NCBI RefSeq assembly: GCF_018977255.1
Contig: NW_024704743.1
Coordinates: forward strand, 94,552,001-94,616,000
DNA: 64,000 bases
Direction of reading: 5' to 3'
Source of the DNA: Callorhinchus milii
Taxonomy: Eukaryota
The position numbers and the translations under genes are program-made. How positions within the stretch are numbered: the first letter of the stretch is position 1; each line of letters starts with the position of its first letter. The notes under the pieces were generated by a model, which had not been told where the DNA came from, ran no database searches, and worked only from the letters and a program-made list of their open reading frames with translations. This document shows, one piece after another, positions 36,706 through 48,520 of this stretch.

Positions 36706-39080
36706 ATGAACCTAGGTGGAACACAGGAACTACTTTGAGGCCAACTGCTTTCATTATTTGTCCGACGTCACAGTGAGGCCAGTATGAATTATATCTCACG
36801 ATGTATTACACTTAGACAGAATTGTATATTTCTATCTTAGCAGCTTCCCCAACAGCCTATTTGTATTCCAGTCTGCTTGATTCTAAGAAGTTGATCATAC
36901 CACTTTGTACCTTGCTTTGCATCCCAGATCCTCCTACCTGGTAGTCAGCAAAGCAGAGCTCAGGGATAAAATGGATACTCTCATGAACAAAAACATTTCT
37001 GTGGAGATTGTGGGATCTCTAAAATGAGATGTTAGTATTTCCATTTCTGACTCCTGCAACTAATGATGCACGTTTCCTTCCTGTGGTTCTTTCCAAGAAT
37101 GATTCCTGCGCCCACTGAGTGGGTGTAATTTGTGGCTGTGCAGATGCTGTTATGTGCCCTTGTGGCGGCAGATTCTGCTCTGGAAACATAGCTATTATCT
37201 AGAAAGGAGCATGTGTTTCTCTTTCTGTCAGCTGATGGACTGAGAGCATCCACATGGATTGAAAGAACTGAAAACGCAACATTGGCAGAATGAAAGTGTC
37301 ATAACATTAAAATATCTGAAACCATTGGTGAAATGAGTATAGCAGAGGATTAGGTTGTTTAGAAGAAACTGCTTTCTAAATATTTGCAAGTGTTTTGTAT
37401 CTAAGCAGGCAATATGCAATTTAGGTGAGACAATACATGTACAAAGATACCCAAATGGTAAGCATATAGTGAACCTACCCACGCAGCAAAGCAGAGTCAG
37501 CAACAAGAAAAAGGATTTCAGCATTGAAAAATAAGAGACACAAACTGTTAACAGTATGTAGTTTAGCTCTGCTTATGGGAATTAGTGGGGGGTGGGGGAC
37601 GACCAAAATCAGATCCTGCATCATTGTGAAACCAGCATCTATAAAAAAAACAGAAATATAGCACCTGCAACGGTAAAAAAAAGCTCTAATTTACAAGTGG
37701 TGGGTTAACTTCATGGGATATTTTTGGCAGTTATCCAGCAAAGGGGTCCTATGTATTGGGAGCATTTTCTTGGCCCATTCAGAGAATGCATAATCCTCTC
37801 CAACTAGGTCAATCGTCACAGCATGCGCTGTGCACGCTGGGAGCTCCATCTGTTGTCACAACACAGGAATACACCTGTGTGCAGCAAATATGAGGCCCAG
37901 GCTAGAAGGCTGCCCTAGAAGATATTAAATGGACTCACAACTAGCCGGTCTAGTAGATAATGACATGCATTTGGTTTCCAGGAGATACTGTACCTGCAGT
38001 TGTTTTAATGGAATAACACATTTATTAACCGTAGGTTTGAGGGCATGCCCAGAATATCAGGATGATTGAATGCCCAGAATATCAGGTTCGGGTCACTATT
38101 GTTCCCACAATTCAGAGTTCAATTTGTGTAACCTTACCGGCATGTGCAGTGTCTTTAGTTGTTACTTTCAAAGCCAATTGGTATTTTAAGCAGTAGAGCA
38201 GCTGTTCTCTCATTCTTCCTCTACAAACTGAAGTTCAGATCTTACCTTATGCCATTCAGGGCAGATTAGCAGATAGAAAAGTAGAATGGATAGTGGAGAA
38301 CAAGCAGTCCTATACTCTTAACTTATAAGGGCTGGACGATAATCTGTCCTGATAAGTGTAAGAGGGAATTGTTTCAGAATAATTCAGAAAAGGGTTCCTA
38401 AATTTTCCTTGAACTAATCATAGAAAATACATAGGAACGGAAGAAGGAATTTGGAACATTGGGACTGTTGTACCATTTTATTAGATTAGGCGGATCTTTC
38501 AGTCCCATTTGCTCAGCTTTTCTCCATGCCTCTTAATGCTTTTACTTTCCAAGAACGATTTATTTCCCTTTTAAACATGGCCATTGATTGTGCATCTGCA
38601 GCCTTCTGGGGCAGTGAATTCCACTTTCTCTTCATGTGTGAAGAAGTGTTTTGATCATGACCTATCCTGATTGGGCCATACCGCCCCTGAATACATATTC
38701 AGGTTATGACACACCAGAAACTGTGGGTGTGGGTGAGATCAAGAATATCATCAAGAAAGTTGGCTGGTCTTCTCTTTATTTCCCAACAAAAAGGCCTAGA
38801 GATAGAGATGCAGGAGCAAGTAACCTACTTCTCAGCTGGAAAATTGTTGTGCTCTTGGAACACAGAAAAAGAGAGTAAATTAAGAGAAATGTCTAAAAAA
38901 AAGCAGAGATAATTAAAATTGAGTGGGATTAAACTTGTGGAAGGAGGAATTTGATAGGAGTCTCTGAGACAGGGATGCAGAAAGTAAATGTTGAAGAAGT
39001 TGAAGAAAGAGATTGGGATGAATAATATTGTTTCCCAATTAGTTGGTTTAGTATAATAATAATCTTTGCATTTGATATAA

Positions 39081-40761
39081 GAACATACATAAGAACATAA
39101 GAATTAGGAGCAGGAGTAGGCCATTCGGCCCTTCGTGCCTGCTCCGCCATTCAATAAGATCATGGCTGATCTTCTCACCTAACTCTGATTACCTGCCCTA
39201 TCCCCATATCCCCTAATCCCTCTATTTTTCAAGAATCTATCAGTCTCAGCCTTGAAAATGTTCAAGGACTGAGCATCTACAGCCTTCTGGGGTAGTGAAT
39301 TCTATTAGGTCACTACCCTCTGAGTGAAGAAATGTTTCCTCAACTCTGTTCTAAGAGGCTGACCCTTAATTTTAAGACTGTGACCCCTGGTTATAGATTC
39401 TCCTACCAGGGGAAACAGTCCCTCTGTGTCTACTTTATCCAGCCCTTTAAGAATCTTATAAGTTTCAATAAGATCCCCCCTAATTCTTCTGTACTCTAGA
39501 GAATACAGCCCTAGTTTATTCAGCCTATCCTCATAGGTCAGTCCCCTCATCCCAGGAACTAACCGAGTGAATCTACGCTGCACCCCCTCTAGGGCAAGTA
39601 TGTCCTTTTTTAAATAAGGAGACCAAAACTGCACACAATACTCTAGGTGCGGTCTCACCAAAGCCCTATACAGTTGCAGCAAGACTTCCCTACTCTTATA
39701 TTCTAAACCTTTTGAAATGAACGCTAACATGCCGTTCGCCTTCTTAGTTGCTTGCTGCACCTGCAAACTAACTTTTTGGGACTGGTGTACAAGGACACCC
39801 AAATCCCTTTGAATACTAACACTATCTAACTTCTCCCCTTCCAGAAAATAATCTGTTCTTTTATTCTTGCTACCAAGGTGAATAATTTCACACTTGCTAA
39901 CATTGAATTCCATCTGCCACCTACTTGCCCACTCGCCTAGCCTATCTATATCTTGTTGCAATCTTTTTGCATCATCCTGAGAGCTCACTCTGCTACCTAG
40001 TTTAGTATCATCCGCGAATTTAGACACATTACATTCAATGTCCTTGTCCAGATCATTGATGTAAATGGTAAATAGCTGAGGCCCAAGCACTGATCCTTGT
40101 GGCACTCCACTAGTTACATCCTGCCAATTCGAGAATGATCCGTTTATCACTACTCTGCTTTCTACCCGATAGCCACTCTTCTATCCATGTTAATATTTTC
40201 CCATTAATCCCGTGGGCCTTGATCTTGAGTAACAGCCTTTTGTGTGGCACCTTGTCAAATGCCTTCCTAAAATCCAAATATACCACATCTACTGGTTCCC
40301 CCTTATCCAACCTGCTGGATACATCCTCAAAAAATTCTAAAAGGTTAGTCAAGCATGACTTCCCTTTTGTAAAGCCATGTTGACTCTGCCTTATCTTTTT
40401 ATGGTCTTCCAGGTATCCCATAACTACGTCTTTTATTAAGGATTCAAGAATTTCCCCTAAAACTGACGTCAAACTAACTGGTCTATAGTTTTCCCTATTT
40501 TCTCTCCCACCCTTCTTAAATAGTGGAGTTATGTTTGCAATCTTCTAATCAATGGTAACTTTTCCAGTATCCACAGACTTTTGGAAGATTATAGACATGC
40601 CATCCACTATCTCAGAAGCCACCTCCTTTAAAACTCTCGGATGCAGGCCATCCGGTCCAGGGGATTTATCGGTTTTAAGACCCGACAATTCGTTGGGAAT
40701 TTTGCACTATCTCCTTGAATGTCTGCCATTGCTGGTCTACCGTCAGATCTTTAAGTTATAA
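39081..40761 (-). mobile_element. CR1-clade LINE (shark HER1-like), 5'-truncated, with 7-bp TSD GATATAA
   Basis: RT ORFs QHGFTKGKSCLTNLLEFFE..YLDFRKAFDKVPH and [28 protein letters not shown]; 3' (TTCTTATG)n tail; GATATAA at 39074-39080 and 40762-40768. Confidence 0.95.
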
Positions 40762-42519
40762 GATATAATGCCCTAAATGTCTCAAAAGCACTTCACAGAA
40801 CACACCACAATGTAAATTGACTATGTGCTGTTGGCGAAATGCAGTAGCCAGTTGCACACAGCAATATCCCACAAACTGTCGTGAACTAAGTGACCGAATG
40901 ATTATTTTTATATATTATAATACGAGTTGAGTGTGTATGTGTGTGTGTGTGTATATATGAAAACGTAACGTCAAATATTTATAGAGATTCGCATTTGAGT
41001 GTTCTGTCTATGAGTGAAATTTGAAAGCTTGCAGATGGGAAATGGTGTTCAAAGTTAGTGATGCAGAAAAAAGTGAAAAGCAATTAACCAACTAATCATT
41101 CCCACCTTGCAATTGAGAATAACGTTTATTACAATTATAGGGAAATAATGGGGGGGGAATTTTCATAGCACCTAATGGAATAATTCAATTAAACCAAGTG
41201 CCTAAAAACTGGGCTGCTATGCAAGTGTTCTTTACAATTTACTTTCAAAACCATAAACCTACGAGCATGGGAAGAGATTTGTTGTTAATGAAATTATAGT
41301 TATTGAAAAATTAAGTTGTATTGCATCATCTGCAGTTTGGGCTCAATGCTTATAATTGTCAAGTGATAAAATGAATATCTTCACGCTTCTGCCACAGTGA
41401 ATTTACTTCAGCAAGATGGAGTTTAATGGTGATGAACACAATTATTGACAACTGTTTTAGTCATTACAACCAAGAGAGCTTCAGGATCATTCGAAAATGG
41501 AAGGGCACAATATTGTACAAAGAAGTTGCAAAAAAGCTTTCTTAACTTTGAAAATTAGTAACCACAAGTCTTCCATGTTTTCAGGGCTGAATTGACGCTG
41601 AATTAATTGAAGTTTTGTTCTGAATTCCGAGTCACAGAAGCTACCAGTAATTTGTTGTTTTAGACTTGCTCAATTGTTAGCCCAAACGCCCTTGCTCTAG
41701 CTTTTCCATATTCCAAAATCTAGCACTGTGTGTACTTGAATGAATCAATGTACAGGTATATATTTTTTTCTTTGTTTTGGATCAGATGCTTGAAAGAAAG
41801 AAATTTTACGTTGAAGAATTAGGGCAAATTAAAATTAGAACAAGAAGAAATTGGACCTCCAGTAATGAACTGACTAATATCTGAAAAAAAGAATGACAAA
41901 GCTGGGGGTAATTTATGGCACCTTAAAGAATGTTGGGCTGGAATTTTCTGGTTTATACTGTTAGGGCTTACTACTGTATAAGGAGAAATTGTTTGTGATT
42001 TCCACTCCAGTATTTTTTCAATCCCAGGATTGAATTTATTTGAATATTTTAACTTATTTTTGCATTTCTCGTAGTGTTGTATGTTAATCAGAGGTAGATG
42101 GGTGTTTTCAGCACAGAGGAGAGCAAGCGACTTTTGCGGCAGCAGTCAGAAACAATTCAGGTCTGAAACACTTTTTAAAATGAAACTAGGGAGACCCTTG
42201 CTTACTCTTCTGCTCAGAATATGATTCCTTTGGGGGAGGGGTGAGAAATTACATAATTGTACTGGTCATGACCTGTATTGCTACCTCATTTCTAAAATCT
42301 GAAAGTCAGAAATAGATGGGAATTACCATTGCCCCCTCTTCTGTTTATCACAATCCACTCACAGCAGCAGTAAGTAGTTAGAGCACACTGGAAAACATGA
42401 TGAAGGCTAGGTAATGTCATTGGTAAATTAGATTGAATCCATACTCCACTCCTGAAATTTGTCCCATGATATTTAATTTAATGAGATACTATATTTTGAG
42501 CACTAATTAAGTGTAGTTA

Positions 42520-43095
42520 GGTGTCAGACTGGCTCAGTTGGTAGCACTCTCAACTCTCAGTCAGAAGATTGTGGGTTCAAGCTTCGCATCAGGATTTTGA
42601 ACTCGCATTGTTGAGGTTGAGATTCTATTCTTATGCTGAGGGTGCATTGCGTCGTTGGAGGTGTTGTCCTTCGTATGAGATGTTAAATAAGGTCTTATCT
42701 GCCTGTTCAGAAGGCAGTGTTTGTAAAGCGAATGGGGTTTCTCCTTGTCTTTGACCGTGCCTTCAGCTCCCCTCTCGACTCTCTACCCCCTCCTCGCTCC
42801 CTCCCTTCCCTCCCCTCACCCTGACCATTTCCCCCCTGCTCGGATCCTGACCCAACTGTACAGCGCCTTGGGACATCCTCCCGATGTGAAAGGCGCTCAA
42901 TAAATGGAATCTTGTTGTTGTTGTTGTTGTTGTCACCTGGCCAATAATCTACCAAATAGAATTGGTTATTCACTTCCTGGCTGATTGTTGGACATTGCTC
43001 TGCACAAATTGGCTGCCACATTTGCCTGTGAAGTGCTTTGATAGGGCCTTCTGACATGAAAGGCTCTATATCAACTGCAAAGATCATTATTACTT
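42520..43095 (+). mobile_element. DeuSINE-like SINE interrupted by a young L2 3' end (~42745-42932, +)
   Basis: Head ctggctcagttggtagcactctc; the L2 piece is nearly identical to the reverse complement of 60165-60350. Confidence 0.85.
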
Positions 43096-43348
43096 TTTGA
43101 TATAAAAAACAACATGTTTTTGGTCCAACATTCAATTAAATGCTCATTTTTTAAAACAAACGCCTTTTGAATATGTGAAGCTTCAATTTAAAAGAAATAA
43201 CAAAGAAAGCACTGATGGATGAAATCACGAATACAAGGTGAAATATCATAATGTTGCATGGTTTGAAGCTTAAAAAAAAATTGTCAGATTGTTTCTTGAA
43301 GAAAATCTTGCCCATCAACCTGTCTCAGTTAGTAGCACTATTACATCT

Positions 43349-45880
43349 TACAACAATAAAATTACATTTGTAAAGTGCCTTTCATGTTGGGAGGACATCC
43401 AAGGTACTCGACAATCAGTGTTTCGGACCCGAGCTAGGGGTTGGGATTGGGGAGGGTGGAGGGCGGGGGGGGAAGGAGGATGATCGAAGGCACGGTTGAA
43501 GAGGAGGATCTTGAGACAGGTCTTGAAGGAAGCAAGAGAGGGGCGAGGCAGAGGGACTGCAGGATGGAGTTCCAGATGGTGGGGGCAGAGAGGCTGAAGG
43601 CCTGTCCGACAATGTTGGGTGAGCGAGGTGGGGGACATGAAGCAGGCTGGAGCATGCTGAACGGAGGGAGTGGTCAGGTTGGTAAGGGGTTAGGAGCTCG
43701 CAGAGCAAGGCCATGGAAGGCTTTGAAGGTGAGGAACAGGATCTTGAACTGTATCCTCTGTATGATGGGAAGCCAGTTGAGTCGGGCGAAGATGGGGTGA
43801 TAGGGTCATGGAGCCTGGTGCGGAAGAGGACATGGCTGCAGAGTTCTGGATGATCTGCAGCCTATGGAGAGAGGACTTGGGGAGGCCGACAAGCAAGAAG
43901 TTTACATAGTCAATCCTGGATGTTATGAATGCATGTATGAGGGTCTCGGCAGCCTGTGGTATGAGACAGTGGTGGATCTGGTGATGTTGCGGAGGCGGGG
44001 AAGGCAGAGCGTGTCATAGCACGGATGTGGGGTAGAAAGAATAGCTGAGGGTCAAACAAGATGCTGAGGTTCCGTACTGGCTCAGTGAGGTGGAGTGTGC
44101 ATCCATGGATGATGATGCTGTCAGCGCCTGGGGTGTGGAGGTGCTGACGGGAGCCTCGAGGGCCTCGGTTTTGTTCAACTGAAGAAAGTTAGCTCTCATC
44201 CAGGACTTGATGTCTGATAAACATTCTGTCAGGACAGCAGTGGTCCTGGAATCAACAGTGGAGGCAGAGAGGTAAAGTTGGGTGTCATCCACATACATGT
44301 GGAAGTTGACCCCATGTCTGCGGACGATGCTACCAAGAGGCAGCATATAGATATTGAAGAGGAGGGGACCAAGGACAGAGCCCTGAGGAACGCCACACAA
44401 GATGGTGCGGGAACTAGAGGAGAAGCTGTTTGTGGAGATGAAGTGGAGACGATATCGAAGGCAGAAGAGAGGAAGAAGAGGAAGCAGAGGGAGCCCCGGT
44501 TGCAGATGGACAAAATGTCATTTGTCACTTTGACCAAAGCTGTTTCTGTGCTGTGATTGGCACGGAATCCCGATTGGGGGGGGTTCATGAAGGGAGTGGC
44601 GGGAGAGGAGCTGGGAAGCAATGACTCGTTCCAGGATCTATGAAAGGAAGTTTGGAGACGGGGCAGTAATTTGAGAGCAGGGATGGGTCCAGGGAGGGTT
44701 TTTAAGTATAGGAATGATGACGGCCGTTTTAAATAGGTGGGAACGGTGCCAATGGACATGGAGGTTTGTGATGTCTGATTAGTAATAATAATAATAATAT
44801 AATAATAATCCTTGCATTTCATCGAGACACCTCAAAGTGCTTCACAGGATACATCATAAAGTGTAGTGACTGTGTGTTTTGTGGGAGAAACGCAGCAGCC
44901 AGTTGCGCACAGCAGTGTCCCACAAACAGTCGTGATTGAGTGGTCACTTTATTATTTATTGATTCATTGATGTATTTAGTGAGCAAGTGAGTGTATGTGA
45001 GGGAGTTAGATTGGGTGAGTTTGTGTGAGAGTGAATGAATGTGTAAGTGAGTGAGGGATAATAACAATCATCCTTGCATTTGATATGGCACCTTATTGCG
45101 TCGTCGAGACGTCTCAAAGTGCTTCACAGTATTGAGTAGAGGGACAAGGAGGTGGAGCTGAGAGGTAAGGAGAGAGGTAGGGATGGGCACAAGGGAACAG
45201 GTTTCATGTGGGTTATAATGATGGTGAGAGAGGAGGGGGAGACGTTTGAAGGTGTGGAGGGAGGGATGGATAGGGGCCCGGGTGTGAGGGGGGAGAGGGT
45301 AGTAGAAGGAAGGGCAGAGGCAGCTAAGTGAATCCCCTCAACTTTGGTTTCGAGGAAGTCCAGCATCCAGTTGTCGTTGGAGGAGCGGATGGGCAAGGAG
45401 TGAGTGGTTGGGCGGAGGAGCTGGTTGGTGATGTAGAACAGGAGCCTGGGGTTGTCCTTGGCCTCCAAGATTGTTTTGGAGTAGAAGGACGATTTAGCGG
45501 AGCCAAGGGTGGAACTGTAAGTTTTGATAAGGTCCAACCAGATCTGCCAATGGACCGTTAAATTAGATTTGAGATAGGTGTGTTCAGCGGCTCACACCTG
45601 TGCCTTGAGGGAGCGGAGGTGGCTGATGTACCAGGGTAACTCCCGTGAGTAAGAAGCAGTTCGGGAAGTGAGGGGCGCAAGGGCGTCAAGAGTGGTGGAG
45701 AGAGAGTTGTGGAGGAGAGTGACTGAAGAGGATAGGTCCAGAGGGGGAGGAGTTCAGATGACTCCCAAGGCAGCAGAGAGGGAGGGAGGGAGATTTTTTT
45801 TCAGGAGATGGAGGTGGGTTGCGTGGCAGTTGGGAGAGGAATTGAGGAGTTAAGGGAGATGAAGTAATGATGGTGAGGTC
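43349..45880 (-). mobile_element. L2 LINE, degraded, internally deleted and interrupted by SINE fragments at ~44780-45130
   Basis: Contains [31 protein letters not shown] and [22 protein letters not shown]; (CAA)n tail at ~43350. Confidence 0.9.
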
Positions 45881-46393
45881 GGAGACGGTGCAATTGGTTG
45901 TTATGTTTGCCTACAAAAGACAGCCATTATACTTTACGCAGTATACTCTGAGAAGGGCTCTGAAAGGTTTTGATGTGATAAGACTCAAATGCAAAGATTG
46001 TCATCTTCTGGCCCAGTGCAACTATGATAACTGGACCTTTGCTACATTTTGCTGATACAGTATAAAGAGTCTAAATGAATGACATCTTATAATTCCAGCT
46101 GCATTTTACAAAAATAAAAAAAACTGGCATTTGATGTAGCACCTTTCACATTTTGGAAGATGTCTCAAAGCGCAGGATTTACTTTAAAGTTCAGTTAGGC
46201 AAAAGATATTTACTCACGTTTTCTTCTGCAGTTATAAAATCACTTTTAAAAAAATTACAACTGGTGAAATTTCATTTCTTGTGGTTCTTCCCCTATTTTT
46301 AAAACTAAGTTCTGATAACGTTTGTATCATTCAGAGTTGTAATATAACTGCAATTTGTTTTATTTAACATTCACTTTTTTTGATTAACTTTAG

Positions 46394-46505
46394 ATTTCCG
46401 AGACCTATGCCTTCTTGCCACGGGAAGCAGTGACAAGATTTCTAATGAGCTGCTCAGAATGCCAGAAGAGAATGCATTTGAATCCAGATGGTGCAGATCA
46501 TAAAG
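46394..46505 (+). CDS. NOL4: NOL4 coding exon 3 (ISETYAFLPREAVTRFLMSCSECQKRMHLNPDGADHK+G), 112 nt, phase 0-1
   Basis: Acceptor ttaactttag| and donor AAG|GTAAAT. Matches NOL4 ISESYAFLPREAVTRFLMSCSECQKRMHLNPDG. Confidence 0.95.
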
Positions 46506-47159
46506 GTAAATCATAAAGTGCTCTGGGACTAACCCATGTGAAAGGGGCTATACAAATGCAAGTTGTTGTTGTAAATGTCTTTCAGTCTCGGATTCAATAT
46601 TGAAAACCTTAAAAGTTTTGAGGTACATTTTGATGAAAATGGAAAAACGTAGTTGAACAACAGATACTTTAATGAAACAGCTTAATGAAGATGAGTCCAT
46701 TGCAGAAATTGATTTCGAGCTAACCTATTAGTTCCAGTTGGAATATTTGCTGTGTGCATTCAGTATAAAATTTATACTTTTATAGTACTGTATACATAAT
46801 TGAAAGTGTACAATGCATTTGAAATTTCAAAATGAAGCTGTGTTTCATAATGATAACTGGTGTGAACACCCAAACACAAAGAAACACAAATAATTTAAAG
46901 TACTTTATATTCCCCTAACATGTTTGTTCAAAGTGGTTCAAAAAGAAGAAATGATCAGCTCATCCTGTCAACAGAGTTTCTTGTTTCTTATGATCTGGAT
47001 CTCTGTTGCTGTGTCTGTGCTATGACTTCACAGACAGGTCATGACCCAGACGAACAATAAATCTTTGTTTTACTAGATGAGCAATGATTAGACAATTTAG
47101 GGCTTGTCAGCCTTGAAAAGAGAAGACTCACAAGGGACCTTAATAATGATGAGAATAAT

Positions 47160-47810
47160 TAATAATTGGAATTGGTGTAGCCACTTTCACGTTGGGAGGA
47201 CGTCTTAAAGAGCTTCACAGGATTTTCCTGTGGAGTAACTGTATATGTAGATGAATGCTGCAGCCCAATTGAGCACAGCAGTGTCCCACAAACAGCCATG
47301 AAATAAATAAACAATTTTATTGGGGGAATTGTTAGCCAGGATACTGGGAGAAACTGCCTTCTCTTTTTGATTGGTGCCATGGGATCTTTTATCATCCACC
47401 TGAACAGGTAGATGGAGGTAGTTGCACCTCCAACAATGCCCCAGCACTACATTTGGAGTGTCTGCTTAGACTATGTGAGTTCAAGTCCCAATGTGGGGCT
47501 TGGACCTTCTGACTCAGAGGTTATTGTGCTATCAATTGAGCCAGGCTGATACAGAAAGGATATATAAGGCAGCCAATTGCTTAGAGCAGTGTCCCACAAT
47601 CAGTCATGGATTGAGTGACCACATTTTAAAAACATTTTTGGAGGGATTATTAAACTTCCACGTGATCCACCAATCGACTACCAGCCAGGTTCCTACTTGC
47701 TTCTAGATAAACAGAAGCTTGTGGAGTAAAGAAACTTGCCTAAGTTTTTGCCCCACCTGGGAATTGAACCCAGGTTCTCTCGCTTGCTAACCACTACACT
47801 ATGGGAATCC
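47160..47810 (-). mobile_element. DeuSINE-like copy (47160-47550) followed by a tRNA-SINE fragment (47565-47810)
   Basis: Deu core atccacctgaacagg; tRNA head remnant gaattgaacccagg. Confidence 0.75.
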
Positions 47811-48248
47811 AATAAGTATAAACTGTTCACTGTTAGTATCTATGAACAATATGGTAATACCTAAGTACTTTTCGGTATTTTTAGGATTGCTCAAGTGAGA
47901 GCTACGTGCATGTGAATCCCCACCTAAACAATAAACTACATTTCCTCACTCATTTGCCCTCTGTAAAACATCTTTTTCCTCTGAAGAATGTTAAATGTTT
48001 GTCTTTGCTGAATCATTACTGTGGTTTGCCTCAACTGACTCATTCATACCAATATCAGCCCACCAATTAATGCCAGGTCCTAGTTTTAAATTTGCATGAA
48101 TTGGGATGAATCTCTCCTTTGATTGATTTTTATGATATCTGTCTTTGATAACAAGCCCATGCGAAGGGCTTTGCCTAAGGTCCATAGTGCTGGACAACAT
48201 TGAGATTGAAAAGAACAAGAGTATGGATGAAATAATCAAGAGGCCATG

Positions 48249-48520
48249 ATAATAATAATAATCCTTGCATTTGATATAGTGCTTTTCATGTCTTCTAGAT
48301 GTCTCAAAGCGCTTCACAGAATATACTGTAAAGTGAATTGACTGTATATTTGTGGACAAAATGCGGCAGCCAATTGCACACACAGCAGTGTCCCACAAAC
48401 AGTCGTGGATTGAAAATGACCAATTATTATTGTTTTGTTTTGGAGGGATTATTATTAGGCGTGTGGAGTAAGGAAACTTGCCCAAGGTTTCGCCCTGCCT
48501 GGAATTGAACCCAGGTGTCT
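48249..48520 (-). mobile_element. Young tRNA-SINE, head truncated
   Basis: Near identical to 9070-9340. Confidence 0.9.

Noticed and set aside
38045..38086. 17-bp direct repeat ATGCCCAGAATATCAGG
   Set aside because: An isolated micro-duplication with no further structure.
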